DNA of 64,000 nt from Lingula anatina (taxonomy: Eukaryota > Animalia > Brachiopoda): the NCBI GenBank assembly GCA_051362555.1, contig CM120647.1, positions 5,518,001-5,582,000 of the forward strand. Direction: 5' to 3'. Both the position numbers and the translations under genes were made by a program. The stretch's first letter is position 1. The number at the start of each line of letters is the position of its first letter. Positions 1 through 12,483 of the stretch are shown here, piece after piece. The notes below the pieces were generated by a model. The model was given only the letters and a program-made list of their open reading frames with translations. It was not told where the DNA came from and did no database searches.

Positions 1-437
1 GGAGTCACTGTATCTACCCTGTGCTCCAAAGTAGGGTCCTCTTGAAGTCTGAAATCTCGATATGTGGCTTGCCATGCCTCTCGAGTACCCTTCCCTTTTC
101 TGGGAGTGGCAGCCCTGGCAACGTGCTCTCTTGCCCAACTGCATGCTTGAAAACCCACAGCCAACAGGCCCTTAGCACAGTCTTTGCGCCAAGCCTCCGC
201 ACCTCTATCCCTAGAGAGTGCCACCTGTTCCAGCAACAGTGCCTCAGCATCCCCCTGCAAGGTCATTGTTCGACTGGCAACCACATTAACCAGCTCCCCG
301 CTTGGGTGGAGCCTCTTCCCCTTGCAGGACTCTTGGACCGGCTTGATAAGGTAAAGCCACTTCTGCTCTTCCATCCAAAAAAAGAGAAGAGAAGAATTTT
401 GAATAAGAGATAACAGTGTTAAATTTTCAGCTTTTAA

Positions 438-1609
438 CTCATTGTCCCCTGCAGTGACTGCTGCACGATCCCCTACAGCCATTAACACCAAATCTGGCCA
501 CCACCATGTGGTGGCGCCACTGTCAGCACTCTCCTATATCCCTGAGGAAATTCAATATGGCCTTTTTCTAGGTCTGTTGTTTTGTTTGTTCCAAATTTTC
601 AGGGTTCTTAAGGCATGAAATTGGTATAATATGAAATTCTTTATAACTGGACATATTAAAAATATTGTTATTTATTGATTGGGGAAGATCAAGTCCGAAT
701 TATTTGGTCTATAAAAATTGAACAATGAATATAAGTTCAACAACTGTTTATAAATATATAAAATATACATCATAATACTTCTTTAGATTATATCAACAGG
801 TACAAAAAAAGACAAAATTCTACAAAATATAATTAAAAGATGAGCATCAGATTACAGAAAAGTATATTTATTATCTATATTATGCAGTTGTGATAAGCAT
901 CAACTTAAAAATACTACATAAACCCTGACACGGAGACATGCCTTTAATTTGTTCTTTCCACTTAGAGTCATTGTATGTTGCATATGCATTTATATTTTCC
1001 AACAAATTGTTCAGTATTTCATCAGTAAAGAACAGTTTTTAAAGTCTAGTTCATCTTTGTCACCCGTCAGTTCATGTGTGAATCCAGGTAGTTCTCCACA
1101 GAAAAGCTCCTTGTCCACCTCCCACAGATCGTTTTCCCACTGACTTCTTCTAAAATCTTCACTAATGCTGCCTAATTCACTTTCAGACTATGTCTGTAAA
1201 GTGTTATTCAAAAGAAATATAGCTCAAATAATTGCTGTCAGACTCACTGTCACTAACAAATCCCGAAAATTCAGACACAGAGCTCTCATCAAAAATACTC
1301 TGTATTTCCTCCATATGTAGTCTCCGCAACCCTCAAAATGTTTACATTTTGTTCTATAGTACGCTCCTTTTGATTGGCCAAAAGAAAAGCAACAACCAAT
1401 CAGAAAATGAGCTATTTAAAACTTACCTATCAAAGTTTCTTTCTCATGCCGTCATATGAAGTCACTAGGCAAGGGGCCCGCCATATTGGATGCCGTCATA
1501 TGACGGCAGTCGGGAATGGGTACTATTAATATTACGACGTCAAATGACGACGCTCGGGATAGAAATAAGAAAACATTGTCGGCAAATGACGGCGGTAGGG
1601 GACAATGAG
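438..1609 (-). mobile_element. Internally deleted piggyBac-type DNA transposon
   Basis: TTAA at 434-437 and 1610-1613 flanking perfect 13-bp TIRs CTCATTGTCCCCT (438-450) and AGGGGACAATGAG (1597-1609). Minus-strand interior keeps a decayed acidic transposase-like N-terminus (EEIQSIFDESSVSEFSGFVSDSESDS). Confidence 0.8.
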
Positions 1610-2049
1610 TTAAAAGCTAAACTCTTAGCTAACTTCTAACTCTTAACCTCTACTCTGCCTTAACCCTCCCCAGGGTCATGGCCCTGTAGCATCGATAGAC
1701 ATGTGCAATCCTCACACTTAAACCTCTGTATTAAGAGATTTCAGTTAAAATTGTGAGCAAAACATTTAGGTTTAAGATGGCGTGTACTCACCACATCCTT
1801 GACGCATTGGCCATTTTCTTATCGAACTTCGTTGTTGAGGATAGTTGGGACATCCAGCTGGTGTTAATTTGTACTTAGGGCATCGCAGATGCCTGTTGTG
1901 TTGGGACATACATTTGGGACCTATGGCATTTGGAGTTAAAGGGATAATAACTCTTCTTTTTGGCCAAATAATCAATAAATAAAGTGTAAGGAATTTAAAA
2001 GAAGCAGTAAATTGGCTAAAATTAAGTGTAAGGAATATAAAAGAGCTGG

Positions 2050-2890
2050 TAAATAGGCCAACCTGTAATAGTTTGAATACTTGTCATAGTTGTCAATGAA
2101 TAATGATTCCATAGAGTTTATGAATGTATTCTTGTCAATAAGGTTGTCAGCTTGGGCAAAACCATAACCTTATCTGTGTCCCCAATCAGGACTTTCTGAA
2201 TGAAAGTGAGGGTGCCAAGAAGGTTGGTCGAATATGCCATGTTAAAGGCAAAATAAGTGGCCACCAAGAGTAGCTAGGACTATCTTGCTTGGCAATATTA
2301 TATTTTCATCTGTTGGGTTCAAGATTTGATAACATGATCTACTTTTATCCACTGTTACTAAACATTTAAATCCTAAAATGTTTCTTTTACATGCTAACTG
2401 ATTGACTGGCTCTAACAGTGCTATATGTACACATGAAGCATGCGAGATTTTCACTGGAATTAAACATTCTGATTTTGCTGGAATGGTTTCCTTTCTAATG
2501 GATCTAACAAATCCAATTTTTTGAGGATTGTACAAAGGTAATTCTAAGTTGTACTCAGGTAGAGTAAAACCGTCAAAACTGACATCTATTTTGACATTGT
2601 GTTTTTTTCAGAAAATCCATGCCTGTGATCAATTTTCGAGGTAATAGGCCTAAAATACAAAATTTGTGATTTATGACTACATCGCCGAAACAAAGGGGTA
2701 ACTCTATCAAGCAAGGAACCTTTTGAACAGAACCATTTAATCTCGAAATTGTAAAATTTTGGATCCTTTTTGTTAATTGAACTCAAAAATTGTTCTGACA
2801 CACATGAAATCACGGCGCCTGTGTCTACTAATGCATCAACATGCATTTTCGAAATATAGATTGCAAATTTGATGGTTCTCTACATTTGAA
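2050..2890 (-). pseudogene. Gypsy/Ty3 pol remnant: aspartic protease plus downstream linker
   Basis: ORF 2586..2846 VDALVDTGAVISCVS has the retropepsin D-T-G motif. ORF 2242..2535 (TIPAKSECLIPVKI...ILNPTDENIILP) resembles the post-protease linker. Frameshifted. Confidence 0.75.
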
Positions 2891-2902
2891 AATTTGATGC
2901 AT

Positions 2903-4456
2903 TTTTATGTACAGACACAGATGTGTCTGTACATATAGCCATCATCTGCGTCTGTCGTCGCCGTCGTCGCCGTCGCCGTGCACTTTTACCGATAACACGA
3001 TAAGTGGAAAACCATTTTACCTTTTGACTTGAAACTTGCAGAACTGATGAATATTCATAATACGCAGGTCAAGTTCGAAAATCAGCATGATCGGGTCACT
3101 TTTAGGGAATTTATGCTGTTTTTTCACTTTTTTCAGCATATATGCAGCACCGATAACATGATAAGTGGAAAACCATTTTACCTTTTGACTTGAAACTTAC
3201 AGAACTGATGAATATTCATAATACGCAGGTCAAGTTCGAAAATCAGCATGATCGGGTTACTTTTAGGGAATTTATGCTGTTTTTTCACTTTTTTCAGCAT
3301 GTATGCAGCACCGATAACACGATAAGTGGAAAACCATTTTACCTTTTGACTTGAAACTTACAGAACTGATGAATATTCATAATACGCAGGTCAGGTTCGA
3401 AAATCAGCATGATCGGGTCACTTTTAGGGAATTTATGCTGTTTTTTCACTTTTTTTAGCATATATGCAGCACCGATAACACGATAAGTGGAAAACCATTT
3501 TACCTTTTGACTTGAAACTTACAGAACTGATGAATATTCATAATACGCAGGTCAAGTTCGAAAATCAGCATGATCGGGTCACTTTTAGGTAATTTATGCT
3601 GTTTTTTCACTATTTTCAATATAAATGCAATACCGATAACACAATATAAGAAAAACGGATTGGCCAATTGTAATTATACTCACAGGAGTGGTCAATCTTA
3701 CTAAAACGCAGGTTGAGTTCGAAAATAAGCATAATCGGGCCATTACTTAAGAAGTTATACTGTTTTTTCACATTTCCTCAGATTCAATTATTAGGCATGT
3801 TAACAGTCTCATTATTTAACTAATAAGATGCCTAAAAGTGTTTGTTTGATATTTCCTGCATCTTTACAACATTGTTAGTTGATTATGTAAAAAACATGGT
3901 AAACTTGTTATCATGTATTGTGTAATAAAGTGTCAAAAATGGAAATAAACTCATATCATTGCAGTTTGTCAGATTCAATCATCCACTATGTTCAGAATCT
4001 CAGAATGGAGGAAATTGGACATTTAACACTGTTCTATTGATACTTTTCCCATCTCATCAATTTTCTTAGTTGGACATATAAAAATGGCAGTAAAATGTGT
4101 ATTTTGTTTTATGTTAAAAAAGTGTTAAAAATGGAAATAAACCCATTTCAGAACAGTGCTGTCTTGTTTACATTTTGGCATTATCAAGGCGTGACTTTGA
4201 AGTTCCATGGGCCTGAAGACCTTTGCTAGTCACATTTTCTGAATATCTGTGATACAAATATTTTATAATTAAAAATTGATGGTCATTAAGCTGTTAAACA
4301 TTATGTAATATTGCATCAAAATTTGAAGAAACCCCCATTTTGGGCACTGCTTCCATGATGACCATTTAAGGAAAATCATGTCACTTACTGTTTTCAAACT
4401 TACAGGATAGAAACATGGGACTAAAATACAGCTTCAGTAGGCAATGCAGTCTGTTT

Positions 4457-4506
<50 letters not shown>

Positions 4507-4939
4507 GCAGTTAAACAGTTTTTTGTGAAAATTTAATTTTTCACATATTGGCATTTTCAAGGTGTGACTTTAAAGTTCCATGATCTTGAAGACTTTTGCT
4601 TGTCACATTTTCTGAATGTCCATGTTACTAATATTTTATTAATAACAATTGATTGTCATTATGCTGTTAAACATTATGTAATGTTGCATCAAAATTTGAA
4701 GAAACCCCTATTTTGGGCACTGCTCCTATGATGACCATTTAAGGGAAATCATGTCACTTACTGTTCTCAAACTTACAGGAAAGAAACATGGGTCTAACAT
4801 ACAGCTTCAATAGGCAACGCAGTCTGTTTGGTAAATTTTTCTGGCAATTTAACAGTTTTTTGTGAAAATTTAATTTTTCACTTATTTGCATCTTTATTTT
4901 CTGTTCTTTGTCTGTACATTTGACAGCTTTGCTGCCTTG
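2903..4939. mobile_element. HINE / Helentron-associated non-autonomous element inserted between Gypsy gag and protease
   Basis: T-rich 5' flank, subterminal TGTACAGACA with a nearby inverted copy TGTCTGTACA, a (GTCGCC)-type microsatellite, an internal tandem array, then 3' TGTCTGTACA, short hairpin CAGC-TTT-GCTG and a T run. Second family member at 12484-14600. Confidence 0.7.
2989..3790. repeat. 161-bp tandem repeat, about 5 copies, inside the HINE
   Basis: Unit starts CCGATAAC at 2989, 3150, 3311, 3472 and 3633; the fifth copy is diverged. Confidence 0.9.
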
Positions 4940-4974
4940 TTTTTTTTTTTTTTTTCATTTTTCTTATAGCCTAG

Positions 4975-5596
4975 TCATTTATTGGTACGTGCGTAATAAC
5001 AAATTTGAGAAATATGCCTAACTCGGTTGCACACGAAGCATTTCAAATTTCTAGCATAGCAATTTCTTTGAAGATAAGTGAACTTACCGCAACTCAAGCA
5101 CATTGGAAACCCGTTCTTCTGAACTTTGGCCTGATCGTGGACCATATCGTTTGTTTTCACGGTGCATGCTGTCTTGAAAATTGCCTCTCCTCCCATCTCC
5201 AATGTAGCGGTTGCGCTCACAATAGAATGCACCCGTTTGCTGTCTTCTCAGTTGCATAGGACCCTGCATCTCTCTTCGGGACGTCCCCTTGATGTGCACC
5301 TCTGCAGGGCGAGCGGCGTTGATTACCTGGCTCATCTTTATTTGGCTGTCACCTCCATGAGGTCCATGTTCTGCATTAAGCTGAAGGGCTGTACCGCATT
5401 CTCAGCCAGCCTCGCCTGTGACATCAGTTGGTCTAGGTCACGTGGCTCCTGTTGTACAACAAAGGGACGGATCTGTGGCAATAGACCATTCACAATTGCT
5501 GTTAACGTGATTTTTTCATAGAGTTGTGCTAGTCTGGCGTCATGCCTCATGGATGCAATGTAACTTTGGACGGGTTCCCCCGGCAGTTGCTGCCTC
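4975..5596 (-). pseudogene. Gypsy gag remnant with zinc knuckles
   Basis: ORF 5338..5613 RQQLPGEPVQSYIASM...AIVNGLLPQIRPFV is retrotransposon-gag-like. ORF 4975..5232 has CFVCNRVRHISQIC (CCHC) plus a decayed first knuckle. Confidence 0.8.
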
Positions 5597-8342
5597 TTAA
5601 CCCTCTCATACACAGAGCCTCAAGTGACCTAGATAACCCCCATTGCCAGTCATTACAAAGAGCCATCTGGTGGCGAAATTGTAAACTACAGACCTACCTT
5701 ATTTTGTTTGTTTTTTTAGGCAAAATAATTTAAATTAATGCTATTTTAAACAAAGAATTAAAAAAAGGATGTTTAAACTTCTAAATAAAATACAAACAAT
5801 ACATATAAATGACTTATTATGTATTTCAGTGACCAAAAATTATATCCCACTTTGCAATCTACATAAGTCTTGCTCTTCATTTACAAGTTAACCAACTGAA
5901 CAACAATTTCATGCTTTTTATGTTCATGAATAACAAGTAACACTTTAAAAACAGTAATAGATGATTTAAGTTCCAATTTAATGAAAACATCAATTATAAT
6001 AAGACAATAAGAACAGCTCTTCAGGTAACAAGTCCGTGTGAAATACTGTACCATATTGCTTTGTTACTTGAAATTAAGAATATCAAGAAGTATTTCAGTA
6101 AACATATATGTTTCAACATGATCTTTCTCACTTGATTAGTTATACATGAGAAAGGATATAATGAAATATATATCCATATGCATGCATGCATATCCAATAG
6201 AACATGTCCACAGCGTGTGGTATAATCATCAGTGTATAACTGTTAACTGGTGAGTAAAACTTGGATTCGTTGAGGACAGACTACAATAATAGGCAGTTAT
6301 TTAGTCAAGTGCCAGTTTATAGTCCTTGAGGGTGTGGTATTGTTAAAGCACACTGTAGGATGCATGGGTAGTTTACATTGCTTGCAGCAAAAAGTGCACT
6401 GATGACATTTTCGTTTACGATCTGAGCACACAACACAATCTAGTTGCGACTTGTCAGTTGACTCCAAGAGGTGTCTTCCAGATAAATAAAACTCATCAAA
6501 AGTATTGGCTTGTTGTCGCACAGTTTTATTTTGCATATATCCTGCTACTAATCCTTCAATAACAGAGACACGGAATTTCAGTGTCCATAGGGGGATTGTT
6601 AACAGCATCATAAATAATTTTTAAATTTACCAATGCAATTTCCCGAAGGTGATGGTAAACATTCATATATACCATTTTGGAGTGCGATGAGGAAACTCAT
6701 TATAACTGCACAACTGATCCATACGATCAGTACCACCCATATTCTGGTTGTAATCATCAATCAAACATGGTTTCTTAAGAATACGCTCTGCTGCTTTCCC
6801 TGGAGCATCACTTCTGCAGCGCACAGGCTTTTCAATACAAGCTGCTCTATGGATTGATGACAATCCTTGTACTTGCTTCTTATCATAAAACTGTGTTGCA
6901 ACTAAATTGCCTTTTCGATAAAAAACAGGATCTTGTCCAGATTTAATTTTGTTTGATTTGAATGCTTAAGGCATTCCTTTCTGTGCCCGCACTGTTCCAC
7001 AAGCACCGATTCCATCAGATTCCAGGCGTGTGAACAGTTCTAGAGAGGAATAAAAGTTATCCATGTAAATATGATGCCCTGTGTCCTTATAATCCTCAAG
7101 CAGTTTTAATACAACATGAGTTGCAAGTGGTTCATTCCTTTCTTCTTCTTTACCAGCATAGGGTAGGATGCGCATTGTGTATCCAGTACACGATTCATTT
7201 AGCACCCAGTTCTTAATTCCAAAGCGTGTTCTTTTGGCTGGCATGAACTGGCGAAAGCTTATCCTGCCTTTGAATCCCATCATACTTTCATCAATACTTA
7301 GTTCACGCTTAGCCTGATAAGATGCACTAAAAGATGCATTGAGGGCATCATAATTGGTTTTATTTTGTACACAGGATCATAACCGATCTCACCTTTTGCA
7401 ACACGATAATCATTGTTGGCAAAATGAAGTAGTCCACTTACTGAATGAAAGTAATTCCTACTCATGATGCTTGGAAAAAAGTTATTTGCAAACAGTGCAT
7501 GCCTGCTCCAGTGTTTTGAGATGTTTGGGTATTGGCTGAGGCCCATAGCAATCTGTAATCCGGTGACAGCCATGATGTCTTCTCGACTGACATCCACCCA
7601 GTCTCGGAGTCGTGAGTAGCGTGCCAGAGGCTGACTCTTTGCTATTATAGAATTCCCTTTGGATTCTATTTAAGGTAATAGTATAGTTTCTTACCTTTAC
7701 AGCTCTTTAGCTTGATCCAAAAAGTCACTTTCTTATTTTCTTGAATAGCCCGTCTCTTCATATAGAAGTCCGGTATATAATCTGTCTATCTGCCTCGCTT
7801 TCAGTCCTGTCACGTGATCTGCCTTTCCAGATCGAGACATAAACATACCCGTTGGCACTACACTCTTCCCCTCTTTATCCAAAAAGACTTATCCCTAATC
7901 ACTTTATTCAATCCATAAGATAAAAATACAGAGGGTGAAAATTCTACACATCCTCACAGCAAGAGAATTGACTTCCGAAAAGACTTCAGAACTTAGAAGA
8001 TGTAGATATAGACTCACCAACGAGAAAGTGAAATTGAGACAACAGCTTAATATAATAAGTTCAATAACAATAAGAAAATAATAACTAAAGAATAATCTAA
8101 TTACACCACGAGAAGCTCATACGTGAAGAGAAATATTACCCAAGAAATTCATATAGTCAAATTCTGATTCCCATTTGAATTTATACATCCCTTTGGATGC
8201 ATAAATCCAATCCATATCTAGATCAATTACTACCAATAAAGATAGAACAGCAAATAAGGGAAAATGATAGGGGGTATTAATATTCCTTTTCCTAGAAGAA
8301 AGAAAGACGGATAGGAAAGGATAATAATACCAGAGCTTTAAA

Positions 8343-8463
8343 GTGGAAATCAAGCAGGCTTATAAAAGACTGGCATTGTAGCATCTTAGATAAGAATCCA
8401 GATGATAAAGAGGCCAGCTCCAGGAAATTCCAGGAATTGAACTGGGCTTATGAAAAACTTTCC
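8343..8463 (+). pseudogene. DnaJ J-domain fragment inside the LTR element
   Basis: Translates VEIKQAYKRLAL*H/(frameshift)DKNPDDKEASSRKFQELNWAYEKLS, matching J-domain helices II-III with a damaged HPD. Confidence 0.75.
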
Positions 8464-8693
8464 ACAGTGAACATGAGGACAGTTTCAAAAATGGTGAAGA
8501 GAAGGAGGATTCACTGTCATCATATTTTATGGAGTTGTTTTTCGTAACTCTTAAAGAAAAAGTAATTCCTCACCTTTCCAGGAATATACTTTCCACAGAC
8601 TGTGTATGTAGCACTCGCGGTCAGTAGTATCACTCATACCCCTGCCGCTATCACGGGACAGGCCGCACTAGGTCTGGCCCAACAACCCTCAGT

Positions 8694-10071
8694 TTACATC
8701 TCTGCTGCCAACCGCTCTACATATAGGCGGTGAGCATTTTTACTAGCCTTTGCTAATATTTCTTTCCATGGTTGTCCCTTGATTACAGACACTGCTTCTG
8801 CTACTTGTCCTATATGAGCAGGCGTAGAAGCAGCCTCACCTTCTCTTGAAAAGTATGGGCTGTCTGTCTCCAGTAGCAGTCTATTAAGTGGCATGCTATA
8901 CACTGTCTTGTAGGCATTAGATCCAGTATCATGTTTGAACTGATGTACTGCACCTGCTATTCCGAAGTAAGTGTTCGGAAAGTGTTTTAACCATGACCTC
9001 ACTAAGTCCATGGATCCAAGAAAGCAATGGCAATGGATCAGCCTTTCCTGACCCCACAGCTGGCACCACCCGGAGAACATTGAGAATAATTCTCCATGCT
9101 GCATCATTGGCATCATTTGAATTCCTCATTCCACGGCCATGAAGAATCAAGACTTTTCCTGGTTGAAGAAAGGATAGAGCAATTTCTAAGTTTTGAAGCT
9201 GCTCATCCCACTTCGAGACTTTACAAGTCATATCCAATCCAACTTCTCCTAATGCAGCCACTTCTGGCTGAGCCACAACCCTTTAGAAACTGGCCCATTC
9301 TTCAGTTTTCACTTGATGTTTAGGGTGCATGCCTACAGCAACTACTCCTCCAATTTCCTGAATGCCTTTACATGTTTCAGGACTTGGATACGTTTCAGGA
9401 TCACAATATACTGCAGTAAACCCTTTGATTTTAACTCTGCAGCTATCTACTGGAACAGCTCCAATAATTTCTTGTAGCCCAGCCTCTTTAGGTAATTTTA
9501 GAAATTTCTGAGCTCGATCAAAATGACAATGAGCATGAAATGCTTCAGGAGTTTGGGACAATTTCCTTACCTCCTCTGCTTCAGGTTCAAACAGCTGTTT
9601 AAGCTGTTCTTGTATGTCTTTATTAATCATGGAAAAGAGGTCCAACAACACTCTCCAATTCAAAAGACGTAATGTGAGGCTTTCCTCAGATACGCCCAGG
9701 TGCTGTCTAAACTCTTCCCTGGCTTCTTTCTCTCCAGAAATGAGGCTTTCCTCAGAATTTCTTATGAAAGCCAATCTGCTTAAGTCAGGTACGTCTTTAC
9801 GCACCCCCATTATCCTGCGAGTTAGTGTTTGCAGGGCAGCCATTCTTTGTGTATTAATTTCCAATCCACGTAACATAGGATGGAAAATTAAAGGCAGATG
9901 ACATTCAAATGCATGATCAGCTGTATCTGGGCCTTTGCACCAGGACAGCAAACATCCTCTTGTTCTATCTGGATGCGGCGCTTTCGCAGCTGGCGAACCA
10001 TGTTTCACCTTTTTTCCTTGATAATAACCTCCCCGGCCTGGCTCATACTCCGATCTCATCCTTGTCGCCAA
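8694..10071 (-). pseudogene. TatD-family metal-dependent nuclease with long N-terminal extension (one in-frame stop, one frameshift)
   Basis: TatD motifs in order across ORFs 9283..10071, 8929..9276 and 8694..9116: HAHCHFD, VAVGMHPKH, ALGEVGLD, LILHGRG, IHCHCF, RLLLETDSPY. Confidence 0.85.
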
Positions 10072-11299
10072 TATAGAATTCCCTTTGGATTCTATTTAAG
10101 GTAATAGTATAGTTTCTTACCTTTACAGCTCTTTAGCTTGATCCACAAGTCACTTTCTTACTTCCTTGAATAGCCCGTTTCTTCATATAGAAGTCCGGTA
10201 TATTATCTGTCTATCTGCCTTGTTTTCAGTCCTGTCACGTGATCTGCCTTTCCAGATCGAGACATAAACATACCTGTTGGCACTACACTATGCATTGGTC
10301 AGCATAAATGTTTGTTTGGGCAGCAATCAAATCAAACAACTGTTCATTAAAAAATAGCTTAAAATAACTCACAGGTGAAGAATCAACAAGAACACCCCTT
10401 GGTCCAACATTAAGTTCAAATTGAGGACACCACATGTCAGGCAATTGCCCTTGGTCTAGCTCCCATTTAGCACTTAGCTCACCAACTACATCTAACAAAT
10501 CTTCATCTTCAATGTTTCTATTTATCTCCTCTAATGTAAAACCCTCAAATTCTTCTTCACTGTCAGAATCTGCTGCAAATATTGCATAAATTGTGTCCAT
10601 TTTATGATCACCACTATTCTCAGCAGCCATTTTTGAATCAAAATTTCTTCTGGTTAAATCAGGCTGCTTAAAACATCAATGTATGGAAAGGTCCTGTGTA
10701 TTTTAACCAATAAAGAATGGCAAATGGAATTTGATTGGTCTAAAAGCCTTTCCTGGGGGTTTGTTAGTATTCCTTGGATTCTATTGGGTGTTATTTGACC
10801 CAAAAACAACAAGGTCTAAAACAGGTCACTGGGATGCAAATATGTGCCCTTGGCAATGAGAGTGCATTAAATGATGGATGTTAATACGCACCTTTGGCAA
10901 CCAGAGGGTTAATAATGTTACATCAGATGGTTACCTCATGCTGGTAGGCTTTAAGCTTCACAGTGTGGATATATATGACACTTAATTTAAAAAAAAAAAA
11001 AAAAACCTACCTAGTGTACTAAATTACAAGAATAAAAGTGCGATATAACATAATCCCTGCAATTAAATCAGACATCATTCCCTGCTGTTCACTGGAATTG
11101 TGGTACAAACAATATTACTACCAGTAGGCCTAGAACAGTAAGCAAATACATTTTTGATATATTACAAAAATATAACAACTAATATCTAGTTTTGCATGCT
11201 GCAGTACCATAATAATTGCTTATGAACAATCATAACGTGTTCATTCGTTATCCACTATGTGAGCAGATTATTCAGTAGAGTCACTTTCTGTTTATTTTT

Positions 11300-12293
11300 T
11301 CTTCTAGTCTATCTCCTATTTCAAATTTCAATCTTTCTCCACCACCATTCTTCAATGATGCATAAACATTACAGTTATAATACCATGACCTTTCAACTTC
11401 CTCGAACTGTTCCCGTTTATTGATAAGCATCAGATTTTGTTTTGTAATGTCATCATGTAGTCTTATCCCGACTTAATTTCATGCTTCTTTCGCATAATCT
11501 GCCGCTTGACCTCTGAGTTACCGAATTTCACGATCACAGGCCTTATTGCCCCTGGTCTTCCTGGCAACCGGTGTATCCCAAGAATATCCCTGTCATTAAT
11601 CTCTACTTTCATCTTTAATTTCACCATTTGTTGGAAATCATATCTAAGGTTTTCCGTTTCTTTCTCCTTCATTTCTGTTACTCTAATGTTACATTTCCTT
11701 GAGTATTGTTCATTGTGGTTTGCTAGCCTCATTGCTTGTTTGAGACTAATATCATTCTTTCTTACCTTTTCTTCTAGCTGTTTTAGTTGCCTGTCTTTCT
11801 CTCTCAGCTTTTCTTTTAAATTGTCATTGTCTATCATGAGACTGTCAACATAGTCCTGAAGCTTACCTGTTCGATCAAGGTTCTCAGCTGCAACTTTTTC
11901 ATAAGTTTCAATTATTTGGTCATACATTTTATTGAGCTCATTTTTTATTTTGTCAATTTTCATCTCAACCTTTGCTTCTGATTCCTGCAATAGCTTTTTA
12001 AATTCCTCTCTAGTGCTCTGAACAATACCGTCAATGATACTAGAGACCATTTCTGACAGGTCTTGCTTTTTTATTGTGTCTTTGATTTCATTTTTAATTT
12101 CAGAAAGCTCACTTTCCAGGTCATCCATTAAAAGTCTATTTTCTTCAGCACTAGAATTTGCATCTTCACAGTGAGGTCTTTTACCTGTTTGGAAATCAAA
12201 GCTGTCCTTTTGTTTACCATAGCCACCCTGTGAGGGCTTGCCTTGAACTGCTTTCATGATGACATTATTACAGTCAGTACCACAGTTGTGCAA
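11300..12293 (-). mobile_element. LINE ORF1p-like coding remnant (coiled coil plus L1-type RNA-binding domain)
   Basis: ORF 11463..12293: long heptad region, then NEQYSRKCNIRV...IHRLPGRPGAIRPVIVKF. The frame continues past a stop (LHDDITKQN...SWYYNCNVYA). No ORF2 seen. Confidence 0.7.
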
Positions 12294-12483
12294 TATAATT
12301 GCCTATAATTGGCTCTTACACTGAGCTTTACTCAATCACTTCTTGGAGTACTACTCAAGTCTACATATATGTGTCATTTTGAGGAACAAATCTTGTTATT
12401 CTACAAACACCACAAATTTTGCAAATTGTTCCAGTGATACTTATCCATAGCCTTCTCTATGCATTGATGAGCAACACTGCCAA

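Larger units (their letters stand above)
7646..10287 (-). mobile_element. Non-autonomous LTR retroelement (2.64 kb) carrying TatD, inserted in the piggyBac transposase
   Basis: Near-identical direct repeats 7646-7862 and 10072-10287 (minus strand TGTAG...CTATA). 4-bp TSD CTAT at 7642-7645 and 10288-10291; removing the insert restores transposase ...DQCI-AKSQP.... PBS TGGCGACAAGGATGAGAT follows the 5' LTR (tRNA-Ser-like). PPT AAAGAGGGGAAGAG at 7863-7876. Confidence 0.9.
5601..10908 (-). mobile_element. piggyBac transposon (PGBD4-like transposase pseudogene) inserted at a TTAA in Gypsy gag
   Basis: TTAA|CCCTCT at 5597-5606 and AGAGGG|TTAA at 10903-10912 (TIR match short). Transposase pieces: 10283..10630 (acidic N-terminus, SPVSYFKLFF), 7298..7597, 6966..7283 (FKGRISFRQFMPAK, YMDNFYSS), 6663..6863 (YNQNMGGTDRMDQ), 6297..6611 (Cys-rich C-terminus). 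Confidence 0.85.

Noticed and set aside
1-413. GC-richer segment with ORFs on both strands
   Set aside because: No recognisable motif and cut by the window edge.
2989-3790. Regular repeats resembling a CRISPR array
   Set aside because: Whole units repeat with no unique spacers, no cas genes, and the context is eukaryotic.
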